64,000 nucleotides of DNA from Campylobacter concisus (GCA_018371535.1 JAHAKU010000007.1:19796-83795); one strand, 5' to 3'; counted from the first letter of the stretch, positions 43,613-53,310 are shown. Translations and numbers: made by a program. Notes: generated by a model from the sequence alone, not told the origin.

Positions 43613-44078
43613 AATGAAAAAAATTCTTGCTCTTATATTTTGTATATTTCTAGCAGGTTGTGCTAGCAAGCCAAGCGTGAAAAATCTAAATATTAAAAGC
43701 AGTCTAAACTATGGCGGCGAAGAGCTTGCAAAGATACTTGAACAAGATGATGCAGTGGCATTTAGTAGCAACTTGCGTGAGGGAGTTTTCATCTACATAA
43801 GTAATGCTAAAGTCGCAAACTATCTTGGCGTAGTAAGAGCTGAGAGACACGCTAAATTTAGCGTAAAAGAGCTAGGCAAAAACGATCTTTTGATAAAAAG
43901 CGTAAATGATCTAACGCAAAACTTTGATGCTAGTTTGGAGCGAGCTAGAGAGCTAAAATGTGGCACTTTGGTGATCAGACTAAAAGATAAATTTCAGGAT
44001 TTAGAAGCGGCAAATAAATTTTTAGAGCAAAACGAAAGCGCATTTTTAAAGATGAGTGGTGAGATAAGGTGCAAGTAG
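43599..44078 (+). CDS. lipoprotein of unknown function
   Basis: lipobox FLAGCAS; 159 aa; overlaps the methyltransferase gene by 14 nt. Confidence 0.4.
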   Translation: MRKFKMKKILALIFCIFLAGCASKPSVKNLNIKSSLNYGGEELAKILEQDDAVAFSSNLREGVFIYISNAKVANYLGVVRAERHAKFSVKELGKNDLLIKSVNDLTQNFDASLERARELKCGTLVIRLKDKFQDLEAANKFLEQNESAFLKMSGEIRCK

Positions 44079-44080
44079 CT

Positions 44081-44884
44081 TTATCTGCCCTGCTCTATCA
44101 GCCTAAAAACTTCATCCTCTAAGCTCAAAGCATTTTTGCCAAAAGCTACGTAAAATGGGCTTTTTAGATCAGCTAGCTTGTAGCTTGGCTCGCATCTGTC
44201 GCTAGCGTTTAAGACCTTGCCACCGCTAAATTTCACTACCGCCTCGCCTGCAGCATTGTCCCAAAGATAGCTTGGGCTAAATCTCACATATATCCCGCCA
44301 AGCTCGGCTAAACGGCAAAATTTTATGGCAGATCCGATGCATTTTTGCTCTAAATTTAAACTATCTCTTATAAGCGTGGCCCTATTCGTCTCGCCTCTTC
44401 TGCTTGAAAAGATGAAGTTATTTAAACTTTTGGCTTTTTCATTTAGATCATGCTTTGCTACGACCTCATCATTAGCGCCTAAAATTTCTTTAAAAGCGCC
44501 GTTTTCATCAGCGTAAAAAAGCTCTTTGCTAACTGGGATAAAAATGACACCAAGCACCGGTCTAGCCTCTTTTATAAGCGCTATGCAAACGCAAAATTCA
44601 CCGTTTTTAGCTAGAAATTCTTTCGTGCCATCAAGGGGATCAACTAGCCAAAACTCGTCTTTGTCACTCTCTTGCAAGATGCTCTCTTCAGAGCAAATTT
44701 TTATCCCACTTTTGCTTAGCTCTTTTAGTATCACCTCATTTGCCGCTAGATCAGCGCTAGTTAGCGGCGAGCTGTCATCTTTTAGGCAGACTTTAAGCGC
44801 CTGGCTATTAGATGAGTAAAATTTCATTATCTCACCCCCAGCGCTGATGGCTGCCTTGATGGCTAAATTTAAAAGCTCGCTCAT
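44081..44884 (-). CDS. inositol monophosphatase-family protein (CysQ-like 3'(2'),5'-bisphosphate nucleotidase)
   Basis: IMPase motifs (WLVDPLDGT…, …DAAG…); start chosen at the Met following the gltA stop (the ORF track extends further to 44968). Confidence 0.65.
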   Translation of the reverse strand: MSELLNLAIKAAISAGGEIMKFYSSNSQALKVCLKDDSSPLTSADLAANEVILKELSKSGIKICSEESILQESDKDEFWLVDPLDGTKEFLAKNGEFCVCIALIKEARPVLGVIFIPVSKELFYADENGAFKEILGANDEVVAKHDLNEKAKSLNNFIFSSRRGETNRATLIRDSLNLEQKCIGSAIKFCRLAELGGIYVRFSPSYLWDNAAGEAVVKFSGGKVLNASDRCEPSYKLADLKSPFYVAFGKNALSLEDEVFRLIEQGR

Positions 44885-46158
44885 TTTGGTGTTCTGTTTG
44901 TCTCTCCGACGTAGAGCTGTCTTGGACGGACGATCTTTATACTCTCTTGCTCTTTTAGCTCGATCCACTGGCTGATCCAGCCTGGCGTCCTACCGATGAC
45001 AAAAATGACGGCAAACATATTATTTGGTATGCCAAGCGCTTTTAGAATGAGTCCTGAGTGAAAATCAACATTTGGATATAAATTTCTACTTACAAAGTAG
45101 TCGTCATTTAGCGCGATCTCTTCGATGCGGTTGGCGATCTTTATGAGCTCTGAGCTAATGCCGATCTCATCCATCAGCTGATCTCTCATCTTTTTAAGCA
45201 CCTTTGCGCGAGGGTCAAAGTTTTTATAGACCCTGTGGCCAAAGCCCATTAGTCTAAATGGATCGTTCTTATCCTTTGCTCTAGCGATGTATTTATCGAC
45301 GTTTGCGACCGAGCCGATCTCTTCAAGCTGACGGATGACGCCCTCGTTTGCCCCACCATGAGCCCAGCCCCAAAGTGCGCCGATACCTGCACTTATACAT
45401 GCGTATGGGTGCGCGTGCGTAGAGCCAACAGTCCTAACAGTAGTCGTTGAGGCGTTTTGCTCGTGGTCAGCGTGCAGCATAAAAACGGTGTCAAGCGCCT
45501 TTATCTCGATAGGCTTAAGATCGACGTGCTCGTATGGATAGCCCCTCATCATGTAGAGGAAATTTTCAGTAAAGCCACGATCTAAATTTGGATATATGAT
45601 AGGAAGCCCACGTGAGTATCGGTAGCTAAAGGCCGCTATCGTCGGGATCTTGGCGATTATCCTCATAGCCATCTCATGATACTCTTCAGGTTTATCCATA
45701 TTTAGGTGGTCTGAGTAAAAGGCACTTAGCGCTGAGACTGCTGCCTGCAATATCGCCATAGGGTGCGCCTTGTCTGGAAATGCGTCAAAGAGCTTCATCA
45801 TGCCCTCGTGTATGAAGCTTCTTTTTTTGAGCTCATCTTTAAAGCTTGCGTATTGCTCGCTAGTTGGTAACTCTTTGTTTAAAAGCAGGTAGGCAACATC
45901 TAAAAATGTCTTATTTTCAGCCAAATATGCGATATCGTAGCCTCTATACATGAGCTCGCCCTTTAGTCCATCGATGTAGGTTATGGCTGAACGGCACATC
46001 GCAGTTGAAGTGTAGCCCCGATCAAAGGTAAACATCCCAGTGTCGCCAAAAAAGGTCGATATGTCGATGACATCTGGCCCCATCGTGCCTTTTAGGATAG
46101 GAAATTCATAGCTCTTGCCAGTTCGGTTGTCGATTAGTGTGGCTGTATTTGATGACAT
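44881..46158 (-). CDS. gltA: citrate synthase
   Basis: 425 aa; citrate synthase signature (…GFGHRVYK…, …MGFGHRV…). Confidence 0.9.
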   Translation of the reverse strand: MSSNTATLIDNRTGKSYEFPILKGTMGPDVIDISTFFGDTGMFTFDRGYTSTAMCRSAITYIDGLKGELMYRGYDIAYLAENKTFLDVAYLLLNKELPTSEQYASFKDELKKRSFIHEGMMKLFDAFPDKAHPMAILQAAVSALSAFYSDHLNMDKPEEYHEMAMRIIAKIPTIAAFSYRYSRGLPIIYPNLDRGFTENFLYMMRGYPYEHVDLKPIEIKALDTVFMLHADHEQNASTTTVRTVGSTHAHPYACISAGIGALWGWAHGGANEGVIRQLEEIGSVANVDKYIARAKDKNDPFRLMGFGHRVYKNFDPRAKVLKKMRDQLMDEIGISSELIKIANRIEEIALNDDYFVSRNLYPNVDFHSGLILKALGIPNNMFAVIFVIGRTPGWISQWIELKEQESIKIVRPRQLYVGETNRTPK

Positions 46159-46160
46159 TT

Positions 46161-47324
46161 TTACTCCTTGCTTTTTGATTGCATTAAAATTTTGATGATT
46201 ATAGCTCCTATTATAGCTTGTGCGAGGCTTGCTAGGATGAAAGATGAGTAAGAATAGTCACTTATCTCGCCTGATTTGTGTGCGATAGTAGCAACTGCGA
46301 TCAAAAGAGTGAGCGGCATAGACTGCGAAACGGAAAATAAACATATCCCTCTAAAGCCAAGCTTGCCCAAAAAGAGCAAACTAGATACAACTCTCGTGCC
46401 AAGCATCGCTAAAAATATAAAAATAGCATCCTTTATCACTTCGCTAGATCCTAGGCTTGAAAGCTTGAAAGTCGAGCCTATGTGGATGAAAAATATCGGC
46501 ACTAAAAAGCCAAATCCAAAGCTTGAAAGCTTGTGTGGCAAGTCCTTTTTGTGATCAAAAAATGTCGTGATAAACATACCTGCGATAAACGCACCAAAGG
46601 CGACTTCTAAATTTAGATAGAGCATCAAAGCTATCATCGTAAAAAATACCGCGATGCAAAGCCTGATGTCCTTCTCGTCCTTGTCGTAGTGTGGCATGAG
46701 CACCACTTTAAGCCCCGGATACCACCAAAAAAGCACGTCCAAAATTTTAAAACTAAGCACGCTGATAGCCAAAAATAGGATCAAATAGCCAATCGTTAGC
46801 CATAAATTTATGCTCGCTCCAAACTGCAAGTAAGCAGCGGTAAATGTTAGAAGCGTGATGCTTAAAAGCTCGCCGATAGTTGCTATTAGCATGCTTAAAT
46901 TTAGCCACTCTTGCTGCTTGCCATACTCTTTAAATAGCGTAAATACCATACCAACGGCCATTATCGGGATGATGATGATGTAAAGCAGGCTAAGCTCAAG
47001 TCCTAGCGTCAAAGCTGTGGCTAGAGCGTAGATGAGCGCAAGGTAGATGAGCCCAAGGCGCAAAATTTTACGGTCGATGTTTATGAGCATCCTAAGATCG
47101 ATCTCCATGCCAGCTAGAAACATCAAAAAGAAAAAGCCAACTTCGCTAATGAGCTTAAACATCTCGTTTTCGCCGACAACTCCGATGTAGCCAGCAACCG
47201 CTCCAAGTAGTATCTCAGCAGGCGCGACTGGGATGCGTAAAATTTTAGAAATATAAGGCGAAGCAAAGACGATAAATGCCAAAACGACAAGGATGCTAAG
47301 CTCGCTTGCTTGGTGTAACTGCAA
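46161..47324 (-). CDS. cation:proton antiporter (CPA-family Na+/H+ exchanger-like)
   Basis: 387 aa; ~11 TM helices; Na_H_Exchanger-like profile. Confidence 0.55.
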   Translation of the reverse strand: MQLHQASELSILVVLAFIVFASPYISKILRIPVAPAEILLGAVAGYIGVVGENEMFKLISEVGFFFLMFLAGMEIDLRMLINIDRKILRLGLIYLALIYALATALTLGLELSLLYIIIIPIMAVGMVFTLFKEYGKQQEWLNLSMLIATIGELLSITLLTFTAAYLQFGASINLWLTIGYLILFLAISVLSFKILDVLFWWYPGLKVVLMPHYDKDEKDIRLCIAVFFTMIALMLYLNLEVAFGAFIAGMFITTFFDHKKDLPHKLSSFGFGFLVPIFFIHIGSTFKLSSLGSSEVIKDAIFIFLAMLGTRVVSSLLFLGKLGFRGICLFSVSQSMPLTLLIAVATIAHKSGEISDYSYSSFILASLAQAIIGAIIIKILMQSKSKE

Positions 47325-47440
47325 AAAGATCCTTAAAATAAAAATGCCTGATTGTATAAAAAGCTTTGTTATTTTTTGATTAAGCTAAGCGAAATTTGGG
47401 CAAAATGGTGGCTATTTTTAGAAATTTGGAGTGAAATTTT

Positions 47441-47923
47441 ATGCGTAAATTTAGCCTTTTTGTTTTGATGTTTTTTGGTGTCATTTCTTTGGCAGGCGAG
47501 CTAAGCTTAGTTGAGAGTTTTAGGTTTGATGGCAGCACTTTTTATAAGAAGCAAGTGGTTAAAAATGAGAGCTTTTACTTTTTAAAAAATGAAAATATGG
47601 ACGAGCACTTTGCCGCTTTTAAGGTAAAGTTTGACAAAGATGTCAAGACAAAAAGCGAGCTAGAAGAGTTAAAAAGGGCTCTTAAGCAAGATAAAAACGT
47701 GCTTTTTAGCGAAGAAAATGATCAAATTTTAGCTCTTATAAAAGATGAAACTAAGAGCAAAAATATAGAAATAATCCACTTTTTGCTTAAAAAAGATGGA
47801 GTTTTGATGCTTTCATATGTGAGAATTTACGACCGACAAATATCAGCGGATGCGCTCAAACCAGTGCTTTTAAGCGAAGCTAGAAATTTTATGCTACAGA
47901 TGCCAAAGGTAGAAGCTAAGTAG
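47441..47923 (+). CDS. secreted hypothetical protein
   Basis: signal peptide; 160 aa; no recognisable domain. Confidence 0.35.
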   Translation: MRKFSLFVLMFFGVISLAGELSLVESFRFDGSTFYKKQVVKNESFYFLKNENMDEHFAAFKVKFDKDVKTKSELEELKRALKQDKNVLFSEENDQILALIKDETKSKNIEIIHFLLKKDGVLMLSYVRIYDRQISADALKPVLLSEARNFMLQMPKVEAK

Positions 47924-47991
47924 AGAGGTGTATGCGACGGCGCTACATATTGCATGGGGTTTGTATATCGATGAGCGTCAAGCAAATTTTG

Positions 47992-48275
47992 AAATTTCAT
48001 GAGCGAGTAATTTCGACTCTAAAATTTGAGCTAAGCAGTAAGCGAAGCCAAATTTTAGTAGTCAATTCTTAGGAGTGAGTGGAATTTTAAAATTTGCGCG
48101 ATAGTAAATTTCTATTTTTAAAAATACAGACTTTCTTTATTTTTAAAAAGGGAGACAAGGGGACTCGAGTTACGAGGCCGTCCCCTTATCCCCCTTTTTA
48201 AATCCCCTAAACCCCTCGCACGTTAGAAGTGCATGCGATAGCACTATCGTGCCGCATGTGTTAAAAACTCTGGCA
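47992..48275. repeat. intergenic repeat, copy A: ~107-nt unit (aaatttcatgagcgagtaatttcg…aaatttgcg) followed by terminator-like hairpin GGGAGACAAGGGGAC/GTCCCCTTATCCCCC and a GCATGC-bounded palindrome
   Basis: near-identical to copy C at 49836..50178 in the same orientation; contains a ~48-nt subunit (aaattttagtagtcaattcttaggagtgagtggaattttaaaatttgc). Confidence 0.75.
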
Positions 48276-48310
48276 AATTTTATTTATTAAGTCAGACAAG
48301 CTTAGGATAA

Positions 48311-48512
48311 ATTTTAAAATTTTATGAGCGAGCATATCACGGCTCTAAATTTAGTGCTAAACGTAGTGCAGCCTAAATTTAGTAGTCTGCTAAGGCGAGT
48401 GAGTAAAGATTTAAAAATTTGCCTAAAGATGCAAATTTGAGCTAAGCGGTAAGCGAAGCCAAATTTTAGTAGTCAATTCTTATGGGTGAATGAAAATTTA
48501 AAATTTGCAAAA
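48311..48512. repeat. degenerate copy B of the unit, containing two diverged ~48-nt subunits
   Basis: aaattttatgagcgagcatatcacggctctaaattt… and …gagctaagcggtaagcgaagccaaattttagtagtcaattcttatgggtgaatgaaaatttaaaatttgc. Confidence 0.6.
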
Positions 48513-48552
48513 TGGCATAAATAAAGCTATTTTTATTACACACCTTAAAGCC

Positions 48553-48906
48553 TCATAAATTTTTACCAAGTAAAATGCCAAGATAGCTTGCAAGCAGGCA
48601 AAGGCTAAGGTTTAAAAATATATTTAAACAGCCTTTTACGAGTTCGCCTTCTAGTAAAAATTTCACGCTATCAAGGCTAAAGCTTGAAAACGTGGTAAAG
48701 CCGCCAAGTATGCCAACGACTAAGAAAACCCTCACGCTTTGGCTTAAATTTAAGCAAAATAAAATGCCGATAATGAAGCTGCCAAGCACATTTACGCCAA
48801 GCGTGGCTAGCGGAAAGTGGCTAAATTTTAGTAGCTCGCCAGCTAAAAACCTGCATCCAGCTCCGATAAAGCCCCCAAGCCCAGCAAAAAGTAAATTTAC
48901 AAGCAT
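48553..48906 (-). CDS. crcB: fluoride ion channel CrcB/Fluc
   Basis: 117 aa, four TM helices, Fluc family motifs (GxxTTFSxF). Confidence 0.75.
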   Translation of the reverse strand: MLVNLLFAGLGGFIGAGCRFLAGELLKFSHFPLATLGVNVLGSFIIGILFCLNLSQSVRVFLVVGILGGFTTFSSFSLDSVKFLLEGELVKGCLNIFLNLSLCLLASYLGILLGKNL

Positions 48907-49745
48907 TAGTGGCAGATACTTGCAAAGCTAAAACCGCGCTTTGTAAGCTCCTCGATGTCCTTGCTCGCCTTCTCACCCTTTGCGGTGAGGTAGTCGCCTA
49001 TCACGATCGCATCGGCGCCATTTTCAAAGATCTCGTACTGCCTCTCGCCCAATATCTTCTCCCTGCCGCCAGCTATCATGACCCTAGTTTCTGGCAGTGC
49101 ACTTTTAGTCTCACGCACGATTTTTAGGGCTTCATTCGCACTAAGAGGCGGCTGATCAAGCCTTAGTGCGTCACTTTTTATGAAAAAATTTATAGGCGAC
49201 GAAAATGGCTCAAGCTCCTTTAGGCTAGCTCTAAAGCTCACCCTGTCGGCCTCGCTCTCGCCAACGCCGTAAATGCCGCCAGTGCAAAGCATGAGCCCAG
49301 CCCTTTTTGCGTCTAAATTTGTCTGATATCTCTCGTCCCAAGAGTGCGTTGTGCAGATTTTTGGGAAATATTCGCGGCTTGTTTCAAGGTTGTGGTTGTA
49401 GCTAAAAACGCCAGCATTTTTAAGCTCACAAAGCTGCTCGTAAGTTGCCATACCGTTACATGCGATGAGCATCAAATTTGGCACTTCTTTACTCACAGCT
49501 CTTGCTAAAGAAGCGATATAGTCGGTCTTTTTGTCATTTAGCCTAGCGCCACTTGTGACTAAGCAAAAGCCAAGAGCGTGGTTTTTATAAGCCATTTTGG
49601 CCTCGTCCACCACCTGCTGCACGCTTTTTTCTTTAAATTTCGTGATATCAGCGCCAGTTTTGGCACTTTGCGTGCAATAAGCGCAGTCTTCAGCGCAGTT
49701 TCCCTGTGTGACGGAGCATATCGCACAAAGCATGATTGTTTTCAT
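48906..49745 (-). CDS. bioB: biotin synthase
   Basis: 279 aa radical-SAM enzyme; CxxxCxxC (CAEDCAYC); BioB family. Confidence 0.85.
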   Translation of the reverse strand: MKTIMLCAICSVTQGNCAEDCAYCTQSAKTGADITKFKEKSVQQVVDEAKMAYKNHALGFCLVTSGARLNDKKTDYIASLARAVSKEVPNLMLIACNGMATYEQLCELKNAGVFSYNHNLETSREYFPKICTTHSWDERYQTNLDAKRAGLMLCTGGIYGVGESEADRVSFRASLKELEPFSSPINFFIKSDALRLDQPPLSANEALKIVRETKSALPETRVMIAGGREKILGERQYEIFENGADAIVIGDYLTAKGEKASKDIEELTKRGFSFASICH

Positions 49746-49835
49746 TTTTGATCCTTTTTTGGGGTGTATTATAGCTTTGGTAGGTTTAAAATTTAAGTAT
49801 GATCGTCTTTAATTTACGAAAAATAGGCAAATTTT

Positions 49836-50178
49836 AAAATTTCATGAACGAGTAATTTCGGCTCTAAAATTTGAGCTAAGCGATGAGTGAAGCCAAATTT
49901 TAGTAGCCAATTCTTGCGAGTGAATGGAATTTTAAAATTTGCAAAAATATTTTTAGAAATTTAAAGTTTTGCTTTTATTTAAAGGGGAGACAAGGGGACT
50001 TGAATTTTGTTTTGCAAGCTCGCAACTGCAGGGCAAACACGAAGTCCGTCCCCTTATCCCCTTTTAAAATCCCCTGTCTGCTTGCAGTTACGAGTCGAAG
50101 TCGAAGTAAAGCCCGACGACGTTAGAAGTGGCATGCAATAGCACTATCGTGCAGCATGCGTTTTAAAACTCTATCAAA
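49836..50178. repeat. intergenic repeat, copy C (unit plus hairpin module, with insertions in the hairpin loop)
   Basis: see 47992..48275. Confidence 0.75.
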
Positions 50179-50215
50179 TTTACTGCAAGTCTGGCAAAAA
50201 CTTAAATTTACAGGA

Positions 50216-50935
50216 TCATCTTTTCTTATAAATTTCCACCCTCTCTTTTAAAAGCCCTGTTTTTAAATTTGGCAAAGCACTAAGCTCGTCAAAAAGTCCA
50301 AAAAGTGCGTGCTGTGGTGGCAGACTGAGGTGGGTGAGGGATTTTAGAGATAAGATAGGCGAGTAGTCCTTGCTTTTTAGCCTAGCCACCAAGATCACAA
50401 GGCTGGTTAGTCCGGGCATCTGGCGTAAAAACTCTAGGCTATCTATGTGGATAAATTTAGGCGAAAGTCCGTCGCCACTGATCTCTAGGCTCTTTAAATT
50501 TTGCAAATTTGAAAGCGCAGAGTAGTCGCTTATCTTTTGAAAATTCTCCACCGCAAGGCTTTCAAGCCCAGTAAGCGTCGCGATCGGCGCGATGCTTTTT
50601 ACGTTAGCTCCAGAGCCTACAAAAAGGCTCTTTAGACTAGAAAGATTTGCTAGCGCATCAAGGCTCTCATACGAGCCCCATTTGATGTGAAGGCTCTTTA
50701 TATTTCTTTGGCAGCACACCGCGTCAAAGAGCTCTTGAGGTATTTTGGTGCAAAAGCTAAGCTCATCAAATGCGTCTTGTTCGCTTCTTAAAAAGTCGCA
50801 CCACTCATCAAGCACCGCTCTTTTTTGTTTGGCGGTTTTATACTGCGGCGTGAAGCTGTCCCCTAGCTGCGTGCAGTTTATCACAAGGCTCTTTTGCCCT
50901 TTATACTGGCTAACTTCTATGATGGTTTCAGGCAT
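50216..50935 (-). CDS. cytoplasmic leucine-rich-repeat (LRR) protein
   Basis: 239 aa; ~8 tandem LxxLxxLxL-type repeats (…LSNLQNLKSLEISG…, …LTSLVIL…, …LKSLTHLSL…); no signal peptide. Confidence 0.5.
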   Translation of the reverse strand: MPETIIEVSQYKGQKSLVINCTQLGDSFTPQYKTAKQKRAVLDEWCDFLRSEQDAFDELSFCTKIPQELFDAVCCQRNIKSLHIKWGSYESLDALANLSSLKSLFVGSGANVKSIAPIATLTGLESLAVENFQKISDYSALSNLQNLKSLEISGDGLSPKFIHIDSLEFLRQMPGLTSLVILVARLKSKDYSPILSLKSLTHLSLPPQHALFGLFDELSALPNLKTGLLKERVEIYKKR

Positions 50936-50994
50936 TTAAAGTCCAAATTTGTAAGCCAAATTTAGGCTATTGAGCTCAAATTTGGCTAGAAGTT

Positions 50995-53109
50995 TTAGTT
51001 TTCAGAGATAAGTGTCTTTTTCTTGCACTTTGTGCACTCTATAAATGTGCCTTTTTTTAGCTCTTTTTTGATCATATCGCCGCCACACTCATCGCATTTT
51101 TGTGCGACTGGCTCGTAGTTTGAGATGAAGTCGCATTTTGGATAGTTGGCACATCCATAAAATTTACCGCGCCTGCTAAATCTCTCGACGATCTCGCCGC
51201 CACATTTTGGACATGGCACGTCAAGCTTTTTAAGCTCGCGTTTTGGCTTAGCTGCCGTTGTAGAGCCAGTTTCTGCGCTCTTTTCATTATCTTTTGCGAT
51301 GTTTCTTGAGTATTTGCATTTTGGGAAATTTGAACAAGCTATAAACTCGCCGTATCTGCCCTTTCTAAGCACTAGCTCGCTTCCGCACTCTGGGCACTTC
51401 TCTCCGATAGGAGTAGCTGTTTTTAGGCTTTTTATGCCGGTTTTGCCAGCACTGATTTTTTCCATAAATGGATAGTAAAAGTCGCTTAGCACCTTTTGCC
51501 AGTCAGCCTTGTCAAGTGCGATCTCATCGAGCTTTTCTTCAAGATGTGAGGTAAATTCGCTATCAACTATGTTGCTAAAGTGCTCCTCCAAAACGCCTAT
51601 CATGCTAAATGCGATCTCGTTTGGTATGAGCTGCTTTTTCTCGATCCTTACGTAGTCTCTTGAGGTTAGCAGCGAGATGGTCGGTGCGTAGGTGCTCGGG
51701 CGGCCGATGCCTAGGCTTTCTAGCTTTTTAACAAGGCCAGCTTCAGAGTATCTGGCTGGTGGCTCGGTGAAGTTTTGCGTGCTTTTTATGCTTTGCAAGC
51801 TCATCTCGTCGCCCTTTTTTAAATTTGGCAAAATTTTATCCTTATCAAGCTCGCCATAAACCTTGTAAAAGCCGTCAAATAGCACCTTTCTGCCGCTTAT
51901 CTTAAACTCGCCTTTTTCACTTGCGACATAGACATTTTGCGTTTGGCTCACACATGCGCTCATTTGGCAGGCTAAAAATCTATTGTAGATGAGCGTGTAG
52001 AGTTTGAGCGCATCTTTTTCTAAAAATTTAGCGGCGATTTGCGGTGTGAAGTTTAAATTTGTAGGGCGGATCGCTTCGTGGGCTTCTTGTGCGGCCTTTG
52101 AGCTTGTTGTGTAGCTGATCGCTTTAGCTGGCAAGTACTCTTTGCCGTAGTTTTGTAAGATGTGCTCTCTAGCGGCAGCGACGGCCTCTTTGGCTAAATT
52201 TAAGCTGTCCGTTCTCATATAAGTGATCGCACCCATGAAGCCCTCGTTTGTTTGCACGCCCTCATAGAGGCTTTGCGCGATCATCATCGTTTTTTTGGGG
52301 CTAAAACCAAGGCGGTTGCTCGCACTTTGTTGAAGGGTTGAAGTCATAAATGGCGGACTTGGCTGGATCTTTCTATCCTTGCTCTCGATCTCACGGACGC
52401 TAAATTTCTCATTTTGTAAATTTTCAATGATGTATTTTGCGCGGTCTGGATTTTGGATGGTTAGCTTTTCGATCTTTTGGTTTTCAAATTTAACTAGCTC
52501 GGCGTCTAGATCTTTTTTAAAAACGGTGTCGATAGTGTAGTATTCAACTGGTTTAAATGCCTGAATTTCACGCTCACGGTCGACTATTATCTTTAGGGCT
52601 GCACTTTGCACACGGCCAGCGCTTAAGCCTTTTTGTATCTTTAAATTTAAAAGTGGGCTTAGCTTGTAGCCAACGATGCGGTCAAGCAGGCGCCTTGTTT
52701 GCTGGGCATTGACGCTATTCATATCGACGTGTCTTGGGCTTTTTAGAGCGTTTTGTATGGCGCTTTTGGTGATCTCGTGAAAGACGATGCGAGGCAGACT
52801 GGTTGGCTCCTTGCCGATGGCATTTGCGATGTGAAACGCGATCGCCTCGCCCTCTCTATCCTCATCGGTCGCGAGGTAAATTTCATCTGCACCCTTAGCT
52901 AGTTCTTTTATCTCTTTTACGATGGCGGAGTGATCGCTGCTGATGCGATACTCTGGGGTAAATTTATCATCCTCTATCTTGATACCAAAGCTCGTTTTTG
53001 GCAGGTCTCTGATGTGACCTTTTGAGGCGATGACGTTGTAGCTTTTATCTAGGAAATTTTTGATAGTCTTTGCTTTTGCGGGAGATTCCACGATGATTAA
53101 GCTTTTCAT
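50995..53109 (-). CDS. topA: DNA topoisomerase I
   Basis: 704 aa; TOPRIM domain, catalytic tyrosine region, three C-terminal Cys4 zinc-ribbon motifs. Confidence 0.9.
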   Translation of the reverse strand: MKSLIIVESPAKAKTIKNFLDKSYNVIASKGHIRDLPKTSFGIKIEDDKFTPEYRISSDHSAIVKEIKELAKGADEIYLATDEDREGEAIAFHIANAIGKEPTSLPRIVFHEITKSAIQNALKSPRHVDMNSVNAQQTRRLLDRIVGYKLSPLLNLKIQKGLSAGRVQSAALKIIVDREREIQAFKPVEYYTIDTVFKKDLDAELVKFENQKIEKLTIQNPDRAKYIIENLQNEKFSVREIESKDRKIQPSPPFMTSTLQQSASNRLGFSPKKTMMIAQSLYEGVQTNEGFMGAITYMRTDSLNLAKEAVAAAREHILQNYGKEYLPAKAISYTTSSKAAQEAHEAIRPTNLNFTPQIAAKFLEKDALKLYTLIYNRFLACQMSACVSQTQNVYVASEKGEFKISGRKVLFDGFYKVYGELDKDKILPNLKKGDEMSLQSIKSTQNFTEPPARYSEAGLVKKLESLGIGRPSTYAPTISLLTSRDYVRIEKKQLIPNEIAFSMIGVLEEHFSNIVDSEFTSHLEEKLDEIALDKADWQKVLSDFYYPFMEKISAGKTGIKSLKTATPIGEKCPECGSELVLRKGRYGEFIACSNFPKCKYSRNIAKDNEKSAETGSTTAAKPKRELKKLDVPCPKCGGEIVERFSRRGKFYGCANYPKCDFISNYEPVAQKCDECGGDMIKKELKKGTFIECTKCKKKTLISEN

Positions 53110-53234
53110 TATATATAGCCTTTATATTTTTTGGCGTAATTGTAGCAGAAATAATTTTTTAGAGTGTAACGTGTAAAAATTTTTTAGGTGGAGCGCGATT
53201 TTTGTTTTTTATAAAAAATTTTTATGCATAACTC

Positions 53235-53261
53235 TAAACTTTTTTAAAAACCGATCGATAT
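53235..53261 (+). promoter_or_regulatory. sigma-28 (FliA)-type promoter upstream of flagellin
   Basis: TAAA-N15-atCGATAT matching the epsilonproteobacterial sigma-28 consensus TAAA-N15-GCCGATAT; ~50 nt upstream of the flagellin start. Confidence 0.45.
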
Positions 53262-53310
53262 AGTTTTCGTGCGACATGAAGTCGTAACTTAAAACATAAA
53301 AGGATTTACA

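Noticed and set aside
47992-50178. CRISPR array, IS element or fluoride riboswitch as explanation for the intergenic repeats
   Set aside because: The repeat units are ~48-110 nt with no regular short-repeat/spacer periodicity and no cas genes. No transposase ORF or terminal inverted repeats with a coding interior are present. The region upstream of bioB/crcB does not resemble the crcB riboswitch consensus.
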